This document shows positions 11,809 to 23,250 of a stretch of 43,556 nt of DNA, in pieces; positions within the stretch are counted from its first letter, which is position 1; each line of letters opens with the position of its first letter. A program made the translations under genes and the position numbers. The notes below the pieces were generated by a model. That model was not told where the DNA came from. It worked only from the letters and a program-made list of their open reading frames with translations, and did no database searches. The DNA comes from Octopus bimaculoides (lineage: Eukaryota), in assembly GCF_001194135.2 (NCBI RefSeq), contig NC_068982.1:38785375-38828930 (forward strand), read 5' to 3'.

Positions 11809-12376
11809 TATGTGAAAGTTAGGTTTCTCTTATAAGTTTGAACCTTATATTTAATAGATCTTTATAAAGAGTGACGATTTGTTTAAACCTTACCTTACCT
11901 CTTGTAAAGAAGAAAAGCTAATTAGCAGGTAGGAAACATGGTGGAATTTTGACTTGGTTCAATGTCTAGCAGTCTGCATTGTTATATCAACATTCATCTC
12001 AGATTTGTTCATTCTTGTTTTAGCTTTTTTTTTTTTTAAGCAAACATATAAAGCACCAAGTCTTGTATGTTTTCTTTTTCTATGCATTTTTTATGATCAT
12101 TTTATGGGAGATTTTATGCAAAATAAATATGGAAAAAAAAAAAAATTAAAATAAAAATTAAAAAAAACAAAGCATTTTAGGTGCAGTAAGACTTTTGTAG
12201 AAAGTGCTTGCATAACTGACTGGATAGGGTACTGGATAACCTGATGAGAGGTCATTAGCTCGTCTATTATTTAGCATTTAATTTTCAAATAGCTCAGTTG
12301 ATCCATATGAAAATAACAAATCCAAGAAACCAAGTAACATCACACAGACACACAGAGACACACACACAGACAGACA

Positions 12377-12415
<39 letters not shown>

Positions 12416-12529
12416 TATAACATTCATGCCTTTCTAAATGCAATGAGATTGTAGTTAATATGAATTGGTGTAATTGAAAAATAGGCTTGTTTTGACTCCA
12501 TGAATAGTTCTACCAATTAAGAGGTTGGC

Positions 12530-12880
12530 TTAACCAGTGATAGATTCTTCCTTCTTCTGCTTCTTATTCGTTGACTGTGTGGTCAGAGCATTCGTTGATG
12601 ACATTACAACCAGATTTCAGCAATTACTCTCAGTCTTCTGCTGTCTTCTGTGAATTTGTAACCCAGGTGATGAGTGATCCAGTATGGGCTCTCGTCTGGT
12701 AGTCATTATCATGAATGTATCATGGTCAGGTTAGCTCTGCATCACCCATTCCTCCCCAGGCTGTTTGCCACAAGTATATGCCTCTTCTTGAGACATGCCT
12801 TGACCCTGGACAATTGGCTGTTGACCTGAGCAGATTGCTCTGCCTTAGCCTATGACTCCTTGGAGTGGCTAACTCAGACA
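12530..12880 (-). mobile_element. Probable old retroposon fragment with (AAG)n-type tail
   Basis: GC-richer island ending on the minus strand in GAATAAGAAGCAGAAGAAGGAAG. Family not identified. Confidence 0.3.
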
Positions 12881-12973
12881 AATTAGTGTTGCAGAAAAAC
12901 AGCACATACGATCATCATTGTATTTTACAATGGATTTTTCATGGTAACATAAGCTTTAATATTTTATTCATAC

Positions 12974-13180
12974 AAGGCAGCAAACTGGCAGAAATGTTAG
13001 CATGCTGGGTGAAATGCTTAGCGGTATTTCATCTGTCTTTATGTTCTGAGTTCAAATTGCCTTTCATCCTTTCAGGGTTGACAAGTTAAGTACCAGTTGC
13101 GTACTGGGTTGATCTAATCAACTGACCTCCTCCCCCAGAATTTCAGGCTTTGCACCTAGAGTAGAAAAGAATATTTTATT
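12974..13180 (+). mobile_element. SINE family A, CpG-decayed
   Basis: Aligns to 639-870 with most CG changed to TG or CA. Confidence 0.9.
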
Positions 13181-14438
13181 CATACATTTTAAGGTAACCA
13201 ATGTAGAACATATGATAATGCAGCAGCAAATATATTGATGATACTCATTGGTGATGTGAGGATGCACATAAAATAAATATGTTAGAGTAGATGCACAATG
13301 ATTCAAGTTAAAATTCACTGGTAACATCTAATGACACCAAAGTCAATAGCTTCTGACTGGGATGGCAACTGTCTTACATGAAATTAAGAGTGGTTCTAGT
13401 AAATCTGTCAGTGATTTTGGTAGGAGAGGTTCAATTACACCACTCTCTTGGAATTCTTCTTGGGTTGATATAGAACAGTTCCTGTACCTTATTTTCAGCT
13501 GTATGAGAAAAGTTGATGAACATATGAGAGGGATGTGTTGAATCATTTAGTAGCTAAAGGTAATTATTTCTGAGCCCTTCTTCATTAGTGTACTAGCAGT
13601 AATACCCGTTGTTGATTGGGTAATTACTTTCACTGTTTCTCGAGCCAAGAAGCTAGAATAATGGGTATATCATATAGAAGAATAGCTTTATGGAATCCAG
13701 TTGACTGCGATGACACTGAAAAGGCTGCTGGTCAAGTGGAGCATCACTGTTCATATAGAAAAAGCATTGCATGGTATATGTTTGTTTGGTTTTCATTTTT
13801 GACAGTCTTTTTTTCAGTAGACATTTTCTTGATTAGGAATATTGGTAAGTAATAGTGAAATGAAATAAAAAAATACTGTGTCAGCACACAATTAGTGTTG
13901 TACCATTGCATAATTTTTGTTGAGACAAATTAGACAATAGCATAATAGGCGATATAGAAAGGGCATCGTATGTCATGCATTTGTTTGGTATTTGCTTTTT
14001 GATGGTTTGTTTTTTGTAGGACTATTAGTAAGTAATAGGCAAATGAAATTACAAATGCTGTGTCCTGTCAGTGTTAGTGCTGAAATTCTGATGCTATATT
14101 ACAGGAATGGAAGGCAAGGCAACAGTAAGTAATAGTCCAATGAAATTACAAGTGCTGTGGTCCTGTCAGTAAGATTTAGGTTTACTCGTCCAGTATGTGG
14201 GTATTATATAAGAGAAAAACATGTAATAATTGAAGTAGAAAAAAGATGGATTTTTTATACAAACTTCTGTTTGAAGTAGTTGTATGCTGTCAACTCAATG
14301 TGACAGTCCCTTGAAGGGAATAATACTACTGTTGTCTAGACCTAGAAAGCTGCACTGCATCCTGTCAGCCTTGACACATTTCCTGTATCCTTATATTTAC
14401 AAGGAGGAGACAAGTACCTCCACCCAGCTAAGCCTGCA

Positions 14439-14481
14439 TCCAGAGACATGTTTCTGAGTCTTTGCTCGTCATCAGCCTGGA
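14439..14481 (-). ncRNA. Minimal type I hammerhead ribozyme motif (PLE type)
   Basis: Minus strand UCCAGG-CUGAUGA-CGAGCAAAGACUCA-GAAA-CAUG-UC-UCUGGA: 6-bp stem I, intact core, GUC triplet, palindromic ACAUGU stem III. Stem II is imperfect. Confidence 0.75.
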
Positions 14482-17129
14482 GTAGCATGACCAACTAGAT
14501 TTAGAAATGTATTATTTCTAAACTTCTGTTTGTTCTTCAAGTTGCAATCCAGCAACTTTTAGTTTTTAGCCCTGACTTTTATTAATGCTCATGGCAAAAG
14601 AAAGTGGGATAGGAAACTGTAAGGGCTTAAATTTGAATGGGACATTAGATGGTATAACTGGTATGCAAGGAACGAAGGCAATGTCAAGTTTACCACAGCC
14701 AATGAGAATATTTGCCTCAATGCAGTTTGTCATAGGTTTGTGCACAATTAGTGTTACCTCCCTCGAACCATTTACTTTCACTTTTGAGGACACACAAACG
14801 CACAGACAGAATCTCTCTTTTATACATATAGATCTTGTTTGTTTCTTAAGTGGACTAGGTTGTTGTTTAGCTCAAAATAGAACTATGAGTAAACATTCCA
14901 AATCATGAACATACTGCTTTTTTTTTTTTTTGTGTGTGTATCAGACTACGTTGTCTAATGTCTCCTTTATTTACGACAGTAGCATGTGATTTGAGGTGCT
15001 TGGCTGCTATTTTAAGGTGGTCAATTCATTATATAAAATCTCTCTCATTAGTTCAATATGGTCTAGATTCAGCATTCTGTGAAATGTTCTACTAACTAGA
15101 CTAGTCAAACACATAATTTTTGAGCTCGTCTGTGGTAAGTTTGATTTATTAGAAAAGTGAATGATATTGTGTAAAATATATCTGTATGTATGATTAATAA
15201 CCAAGTTTCAGTGACAGATACAAAGCTATGTGAATATAAACTTTGCTGATTTTTTAAGTACATTTTTAGTATTGAATTGATTTCAAAGAGAACTTTTCTT
15301 TGAAATTATGTATTTGCTTCTTTTTTTAACTTTATATATTGTTCTGCAAATCAAATTGAGTCAAAATTTGATGTCAGATCTCAGTTAACTAGTCATGGTG
15401 ATTCAAAATATGAAAGACTATTTCACTGAACTCTTCAACTACAAAAAAGAAGTACTGAATGACAGTTTAAATGACAATGGTTTAAAGGTAGTACAATGTT
15501 GGCAAATTCCTGGGTTGCTTTCATCAATGGTTGACTTATATGAGACCAAGTGCTAAAGAGAGTTCAAGAAACCAGTGTTGGTTTGAAGAGCAAATTTGCA
15601 TAAAAATGAACCTGTGTTCAGACATATTCAAATGTTGTAAACAACTTCTTTAAACACCAAGCAGAAAAAAAAAATGTTGGTTACTATAGTAATTATCAAC
15701 TTAAATACCTGAAAACAACACAAGTGTAATTGTTAATATGATTAGTGTAATTCAAGTACTGTAACTAATGAGAAACGGACATAATTTTAATTTAAAATAA
15801 TTTTAATTAAAATAAGACAACAATAATGGCTGATATTAAATTTATTTCATGCAAAAGATAAAAGCAAGATCTTAAAACATGAATGAACTTAAGAAATTTA
15901 TTGTCCAATAAAAGACTTTTATTAAGAGTTAGAGTTAAAACCAGTGTATAGTCATCAATGAACTATATGCAAAGACATTTTTTCGAATCTCCTTGCCAGT
16001 GCATAGAATACAGCATAGGGAATATTACTATGGTACTCAAAAGGGATACTTTTTCTAGCAGCATATGAAATAAAATTGAATACATTTTAATAAGAGCTGC
16101 CTTTGAAACTAATGCTATGTATGGGTCCCTTTAACTCCATTAAACAGTTATTCAGTTTTAGCTCAATTTGATTCCAGATAGTGATGAACAATACTATTAA
16201 ACCACGATTGAATTATAGTTCACATAAGAGTTAACAGCTTTGCATTGAAATATATATTTGTCTACAAGATAGCAAACCTCTTTGATGCAATTTTAATTGT
16301 TTTGAAATTATCAATTTTCAGATCTGTGAGTTGATCATGAAATTTTTGGATCTGAATTTCTTTGATAATTGAATTTATATTTTGTGCCATTAACTTTTAT
16401 TAGATTGTTCAAGTAAGATTAAAAAAAAAAGAGTAGCGTACTGGGACAACATTAGAACTGTGTAAGAATGAATGAAATTATTAAACAGGAATGCAAAAGT
16501 ATATGGGGCATAGAATAACAGGGTTCAGACTGAAAGATACTTTCAATTTTTAATTATAAAGCATCATTTGATTACTTAACATATGAATAGTCATTTGCTT
16601 ATTGTCTTCTTAGAACACTCATAGTAATCAGCAACTGTAGTAACTTAATTAAATGACTATCCCCAAAGGGATAATTGTTTAATTAAGTTTCAAAGAATCA
16701 GCATAGTAAGAATTGTTGTAATGACTTCATTTGAGATTTCAGTCTATAGAGATTGAGAATAAATGAACTTTAGCAGATTTCCCAAGGACATTAATAATGT
16801 AAAGGAATTAAAATCGTTTCCACTGGAATCAAAGTTTGGTTGCAGATTTAGTTTACTCTGTGGCACTCATTTACTCTATGATATTCTCTGAGACTTCTTA
16901 ATTAAGTTAGAATTATACAATTTCAAAGCTGCTTGTACTTCAAAAGTAATTTTATGTAAAATTTATCAAAGACTCACGATAAAGATTATAATATTTCAGT
17001 CTTATTTAGTAAATCATTCTAAATTCTGGACCACAAGTACCACATAGTTTGGATATTTAGAATTAGAAAGCAGTTATCTACTGATTGTGAAAAAGAATGT
17101 ATATTGTAAGTACACTGATTGTCAATGTT

Positions 17130-17335
17130 GCTAAAATTGGCAGGTAAATCTCACTAAAATCTTACCTTATCATATTAAGAAATGAAAGATATACTGGATA
17201 TTGCAGTTCAAGATATACCAGGTTGAAATGATCATGCTGGAACTTTGGTTGAACTTTGACTGACTTTTTACATGATATAAATCAGTCATAACACAGCCGA
17301 TCTCTTGGTAAACAACAAAAATATGAGTAAATTAC
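17130..17335 (+). mobile_element. Old SINE family D copy
   Basis: Reverse-complement similarity to 22095-22300; ends AAACAACAAAAA. Confidence 0.5.
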
Positions 17336-17712
17336 ATATTTAAATATTTCCTAAACACCCCAAACAGGCTCAACTGATATTGATTCCTTACATTGCAAAA
17401 AAGGTGGCTTAGTCCATTGTATGACTCCTCCAGTGATTTGATGTTTTAATACTGTAAACCGTGGACAACTTACCAATATTTGCAAGATTGTAGAAGACAA
17501 ATGAATTCACTGATATTGGAATTCAGAACATAAAAAGACAGGATTATTAAAAACTGATTTTTAGCATTGGTACAAGTAATGGTTGATGAGACAGTTGATT
17601 AAATGAACAACAGTACTGGACTGTTTATCACTGAAACTACTTTCCTAACTTAGAATATTTTGTCTTTTTTTTTGTATTTGATTTGCAAGACGAACTTGTG
17701 CGTAAAATCATA

Positions 17713-17997
17713 TTCTGTTGCATCTTGGGAGAATTATTACACCACAAATAAACACATGCATTGGTTCTATTTCACTTCTTTATTTCCATTTGTCAATTGG
17801 TTTACCATCTAATCAATTAACTAATCAATTGCTCGATTAACTGTGATGAAAGCACTTTGAAAAACTCAGCTGATTGATTGGTTGATGGAACAATTAAACA
17901 ATCAATTTGTTAATAGGTTAAACAGTTAGCCAATTGACAAGTAAATAAAGAAATGTGTTTATTATTGGCATAATGACTCTCTTGTGACACAACAGAA
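17713..17997. repeat. Decayed inverted repeat (MITE-like)
   Basis: TTCTGTTG..AATAAACACAT..TTCTTTATTT..TTGTCAATTGG mirrored by CCAATTGACAA..AAATAAAGAAATGTGTTTATT..CAACAGAA. Confidence 0.7.
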
Positions 17998-18148
17998 CAC
18001 CTTCCTAACCATATCTTACATCTCATCACTCACCAACCACCAGTAATTCAAGCTGAACATTATTAACTGCATTAGCATTTTTTCCGATCATCCCTGTACC
18101 TCACTGTAGAAAGTTTTATAAATTAAAATTATTATTACTGTCAAGCTG

Positions 18149-18395
18149 AAGGCAGGTAACAAGCTGGCAGAACCATTAGCACACTGACAATATACTTAAT
18201 GGCATTAAGGTGACAAGCTGGCAGAACCATTAGCACACCTGGCAAAATGCATTGTGGCATTTCGTCCATCTTTACATTCTGAGTTCAAATTCTGTCAAGC
18301 TTGACTTTGCCTTTCATCCTTTTGGGGGTCAATGAAATAAGTGCCAGTTGAGCACAGGGGTTGATGATTCCCATCTCACAAAAATTATTACTATC
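18149..18395 (+). mobile_element. SINE family A with duplicated head, CpG-decayed
   Basis: ACAAGCTGGCAGAACCATTAGCACAC occurs twice (about 18158 and 18213), followed by the family A body. Confidence 0.85.
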
Positions 18396-18476
18396 AAGCT
18401 GTTTTCTCTGAATAAGTCTATTCGTAAAATGTTCCTAGTTTTAATGAATGAAACGATGAATTGTTTACAATGAAGA

Positions 18477-18570
18477 GATTATTATTATTATAAGTAAATT
18501 TATTATTATTATAAGTAAATTATTATTATATAAGTAAATTATTATCATATAAGTAAATTATTATTATCTG
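18477..18570. repeat. About 20-bp minisatellite (ATTATTATTATAAGTAA), 4-5 copies
   Basis: Direct reading. Confidence 0.85.
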
Positions 18571-18999
18571 TAAACTTCATATAATTCTTTGGTTCACATT
18601 CTGTTAACTTATGTAAGTGCTTAACTATGTCTTCCCTAACCTTCCTTCTTTACACAAACGACCTATTTATTTCTAGCTAAACATTCTTTTACAATCAACA
18701 CCACACAGTAATAATTTATTTTTCACACATGCATTATTTGCATGTAACTAACACACCTTATGTTTGACATGCTCTACTTATAATGATAAAATCTCAAAAT
18801 ACATTTTCTAATATGATATGACAACCTAGTCTACATCAACAGCAACTTAACAGTCACAGTAAAATGTCAAAGAAACTTTATTCATGTGTAACAACACATA
18901 ATAGACAACAAAAAAGTGCTAGGTCTCAACAACTGTTGACAATCTGTCAGGATGATTACATACTCTATGCACCTCTATTGGTCAGTGTTGACTATATAT

Positions 19000-19175
19000 C
19001 TGCCGGTAAAGTAGTTGGGAGTAGGGGTGCTCCACTTCAGGCAAAGTTTTTTTTAGGAGCATGATACTTTTGGGTCTGCTGTATGAGCCTGTATAGGCTG
19101 TGGGGGCTGGGGTGGTGGTGAAAAGAAATCTCTAGGGCTGCCCCAGCAGCACATACCCTAGCAGCACCATCGATA
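19000..19175 (-). mobile_element. Decayed copy of the 5694-5863 MITE-like family
   Basis: Reverse complement CTAGGGTATGTGCTGC..ATACAGGCTCATACAGCAGACCCAAAAGT matches CTAGAGTGTGTGCTGC..ATAGAGGCTTATAAGCAGACCTAAAAGT. Confidence 0.65.
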
Positions 19176-20344
19176 ACTGCCTTTAGCCCATGTATGCAAG
19201 TCTCTCTTCTCCATGACATCAATGCTGTCCAAGGGATACACTACCACTTTTGGGCCAATACAGTTTAGAACCAGTGTCTTTGCAGGTGTTGCTGTCAGAA
19301 AGCAAAGACTACAACAGATACAACGAGGTATCTCAACTGAACCTCTGACAACCATAGTTTGGAAGTTTTTTTGTCAACCCCAACAGGAGGAAAGGTAAAA
19401 TTAACTTCAGTGGGATTTGAACACAGAGTAGTACCTTGGGAAAATGTCTTTTCCTATAGCCTCAAACCAATCAAAGGCTTGTAAACGAATTTGGTAGGTG
19501 GAAGTTCTTTTGTGTGTGTAAGAAAGTGTTACTGCCTCTCTTGATAAACAGATGGGAGTGCAGGGAGATGGAACAAATACTATAAGGTATTCTATCCTAC
19601 TCTCTAACAACTCTGTGAATTTGTCTCTTTATTACATATCCAGATCATAGCCAAAACATCCATTAGTGCATTCATGCACTTTACCCCCTTCTCTCTCTCT
19701 CTGTCTCTGCAACTTTTATTCTCATAGCCCCTACTCCTCTGAATTATCAAGCTGCAACCTAACCCCCATATCCCTCAATTGACCTCTTTCTTTTTATCTT
19801 TACTGTACCTCACCCTAAACTTTGATCTCTGCTTTGCTTAAACAGGAAAGGAGTCCACGGCTACTCCTTTCTTGTTTCAATTTTTCTCACAGATATTAAC
19901 CTGCAAAAGTTCAGCTGAACATTAAAAATCTCACCCATGTTAAATGGCTTTGAATAGACTATAAATACTGTCCGTCCAACCCAAGCTAAAATACACAATG
20001 ACCTTTATTGAATTAATTTACACTCATACTATGGATGGAAACAGCAGCATAAAAAATTAAATACCTCATAGTAGTTAGTAATGTCTGTTTAGGTTCTCAA
20101 TTAAATATCCCCCTATGTTTGACTTTACCATCCATTTTGCCTGAGTTAGGAAAATAAACACTAGTAATTTACTGGTTTTTTTTTTTTTGAATTGACTGTA
20201 TCCTTCACTCCAAATGATTGGCTTTGAACTGAAGATAGAGTTCATAATATTACTAACTTTTATTATATCAACAAAGTGAGATTTGAAGTCAGAACACTTA
20301 ATTAACAATCGTTATTGTCCTCGTTGCTGTCGTAGTTGTCGTCA

Positions 20345-20560
20345 CCACCACCACCACCACCAATACCACTTAACGTTCATTTTTCCATGCTGGCATGGGT
20401 TGGATGGCTTCAACATGATTCTGCAAGTTGTAGGACTGTGTTGAGTATCAATATTGGCTTCAACATGACTTGTATATTGCTTCCTAAATCCAACCACTTA
20501 ACAGAGTGTACTGGGTGCCTTTTTAATGCCCCTGACACTAGGGACGTTGCAAAGTAACTT
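20345..20560 (-). mobile_element. RTE-related retroposon 3' end
   Basis: TTAACGTTCATTTTTCCATGCTGGCATGGGTTGGA..CCAACCACTTAACAGAGTGTACTGGGTGC next to a (CAC)n tail. Family assignment from recall. Confidence 0.55.
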
Positions 20561-21542
20561 GCAAGGCAAAGGAAGAAAAGAACAAGCAGAATGAAAAAGA
20601 AGGGAAAGGAAAAGAGAAACAGGAAAAAACCACCTTGGTAAAATGGGGGAGGGGGTTAGTATTCGAGATGATCAGGGTGGTTCTATGCCAGGTGTTCAGA
20701 GGCTTGAGTGTGATAGAAGAGAAAGACATTCAGTTCTGTGTTACTACATTTTTCTGTGTATTATACTGAAAATGATTGAGACATTATACAATGAGTATAA
20801 AAAGTAAAAAAACTGTTATTCCTGTAAGTATTTTGATTTTCTGAGAAATTAGTAGTATTTGAATTACATAAAGGACGTTTTTTTCTATTTATTTATCCTG
20901 TCTGTAATGATATTGAAACAGTAACATGAAATTACAGATAAGATAATGTAATTGACATTGTGCTAATGTGGAAAGCACCATATCTCAGAAATTCACAATA
21001 GATAAATAAAACTTCAAAGATAACAGAAGTGCTTTAATTACACAGCACTGTACCTTTTAACGTCTGAAACGAGTGTAATCACGTTAATTGAATGAAAACA
21101 AACTTTCAAATTACACATTACAGGATTAAACTATACATTGGTTTTTGTTGCAGTAGCACATACACTGATTACATTTTGGCTAATCCCAAATGTGGTAAAA
21201 CAATCAGGCATAGCAGATTGGTAAACACCATCTTCAAGTGTATTATAATCATTAGAAATAACAATTATTTCATACTGGTCTAAAACTTCATATATGTTTT
21301 TGAGGGGTATAACAGGAAATTGTTATATCCAAACCTTTTCTGATGGAATTAGTGAAGAGTATTAGTGACTTAAATCCTAAGCAAATTCACAACGTTAGTA
21401 TGGGCATATTGTTACGAATATCAATATTTTGTTTACTGTTCATAAATGCTAATTAACAGTCACTAAAACTTAAAATAAAGTCTGTAATATTATTTACATT
21501 ATTTATATTTGACGGATATTTGTCCTTATCTTGTTTGTTGTT

Positions 21543-21588
21543 AACACAACATTTCGGTTGATAAACCCTCCAGCCTTCATCAGGTGTC
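21543..21588 (-). ncRNA. Hammerhead ribozyme motif, mutated copy
   Basis: GACAC-CUGAUGA-A-GGCUGG..UCAACC-GAAA-UGUU-GUGUU. The stem III palindrome is broken (C>T) and stem II has a mismatch. Confidence 0.6.
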
Positions 21589-21647
21589 TTGGGGAAATTT
21601 CGAAACTGGGTTCTCTTTCCTAAGGTATTTTTGATGTTATTATTATC

Positions 21648-21673
<26 letters not shown>

Positions 21674-21678
<5 letters not shown>

Positions 21679-21743
21679 TCACTGCCCGGAATCGAACTCG
21701 GAATCTTGGGGTTAGTAGCCCGCGCTCTTAACCACTACGCCAT
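21674..21743 (-). promoter_or_regulatory. tRNA-derived head with Pol III A and B boxes
   Basis: TGGCGTAGTGG (A box) and GAGTTCGATTCC (B box). The T-stem and acceptor stem do not pair as in a true tRNA. Confidence 0.8.
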
Positions 21744-21823
21744 AATAATAGGGGCATAATAATAGTAATAATAACATCGAAAAATACCTTAGGAATGAGA
21801 ACCCAGGTTCGAAATTTCCCCAA

Positions 21824-21869
21824 GACACCTGATGAAGGCTGGAGTGTATATTAGTCGAAACGTTGTGTT
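21824..21869 (+). ncRNA. Minimal type I hammerhead ribozyme motif (PLE type)
   Basis: GACAC-CUGAUGA-A-GGCUGG(agugtaua)UUAGUC-GAAA-CG-UU-GUGUU: stem I GACAC/GUGUU, 6-bp stem II with wobbles, palindromic ACGU stem III, GUU triplet. Confidence 0.8.
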
Positions 21870-22094
21870 AATAACAAACAAGATGAGGACAAGTATCCGT
21901 CAAATGTAAATAATGTACATAATTCCTCACCTCTTTAATATAGAACTGTAAAGTCTGCAATTCCAAGACGTAATATGTTGGTTTTTAGAGTTGGGTTTGT
22001 TATGTTTCAAATTAACAGAAAACAAATTACTTGAAAGTTTGCTACAGAATGGTTTTTATTGTTTCTGCTACTGTTTTTACCGTTTAGCCTCATG

Positions 22095-22300
22095 TCACTT
22101 CTTTGCAAACAGATCTTTGATGAGATACAATCTTGCTGTGACCATCCCATCTTTTTTCTGCGGATAGGGAATCCAGGACTAGATTATTCTATGTGCTATT
22201 TTCGAAGGATTTTATTTGAAGGAAATTTGGTTGCTTTTCCTAGAGTTTTGATTTCTATTTCTTGCAGATTGGGAAGCCACGTAGAGATTCCATTGTTGGC
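22095..22300 (-). mobile_element. Old SINE family D copy (second copy about 22525-22740)
   Basis: GCTGTGACCATCCCATC..ATCCAGGACTAGATTATTC..CTATTTCTTGCAG..CCACGTAGAG is shared with the other family D copies. Confidence 0.6.
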
Positions 22301-23045
22301 ATCGGGATGATCTCTACTGTAGGTAGCCATCAACTAAGTGGTGGTGTTAAATTGGGCAATAAATTTAAAATACCATTCAAGAATAGGGCACAATTCATCT
22401 AACAAACTTCTGCACAATTTGACTCACATGGTTTCGGTATACACATGGCTATGGTAGAAATTATTTACTGAAAGTGTTGTACTGTGAAATTCTGAACCAT
22501 ACAGCCTTGTCAGCACTCGTGAGTTCTTGATGTTGTTGCTGTTTAGACCTCAAGCAGTCATGCGATCAGAAATATTCCACTCGTGACCATTCCGTCCAAT
22601 ATTCAGATAGTGTATCCAGGATTATATTATCCAATGCACTATTCACCTTTCAAGATGGTAAGCTGCCAATTGAAGAAGAATCGGTCACACCTTCCATTAG
22701 ATAAGACCATTTGTAGTCCAAAGTAGCACAAACAACTCGTAAAACTTGCTAAAAATTACGAGGGTATCGGAACTGTTACAAAAATTTATATATAAGTAAT
22801 ATATTTGAATAGATAAAATCTTAAAGTTAAGATTTTCGAATCAAATCCATGATAACACAATAACTGAGCCAATGAAAAAGTCTCGACTTAATTTCATCAA
22901 ACATTTGTAAATTTATATGACTCGATGTAACAGAAGTCTGCTCGTCAATAAGTAAAGTCTGCTTTGAAAACCAATTAAAAAAATTACAATTCGTAAAAGT
23001 TTTACAATAACTAGTGATCCTGATATTAATATCATTATGTTTGAT

Positions 23046-23250
23046 AAGGCGGCGAGCTGCAGAACCGTTGCTTGGCGGCATTTCATCCGTCTTTACATTC
23101 TGAGTTCAAATTCCGCCGAGGTCGACTTCGCATTTAATCTTTTCGGGGTCGATATAATAAGTACCAGTTGATCACTGGGGTCGATGTAATCGACTCACCC
23201 CATACTCCGAAATTGCTAGGGTTGTGCCTACTTTTGAAATCAATATTATT
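23046..23250 (+). mobile_element. SINE family A, CpGs retained
   Basis: Aligns to 639-870 with a small 5' deletion. Confidence 0.9.

Larger units (their letters stand above)
21489..21948. mobile_element. Non-autonomous Penelope-like foldback element: inverted hammerhead-bearing arms around a tRNA-like head
   Basis: About 170-bp arms (21500-21670 vs 21760-21925) are inverted copies. TAAAGTCTGYAAT is duplicated at 21476-21488 and 21949-21961. Confidence 0.85.

Noticed and set aside
12241-12270. CTGATGA hammerhead-like core (also 43322-43328 and CTGAAGA near 28789)
   Set aside because: No correctly placed stem II plus GAAA plus NUH and stem I.
19037-19222. Protein-like ORF (GLKAVIDGAARVCAAGAALEI)
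   Set aside because: Overlaps a decayed copy of the 5694-5863 repeat.
21150-21280. Possible minus-strand exon (DQYEIIVISNDYNTLEDGVYQSAMPDCF..)
   Set aside because: Weak acceptor, no recognisable homology and no partner exons found; not supportable without RNA data.
21674-21743. tRNA gene
   Set aside because: A and B boxes are present, but acceptor and T stems do not pair and it is fused to a repeat arm; it is a SINE-type head.
22268-22322. Exon with strong-looking acceptor (IGKPRRDSIVGIGMISTV)
   Set aside because: The acceptor and first half are the reverse-complement head of SINE family D.
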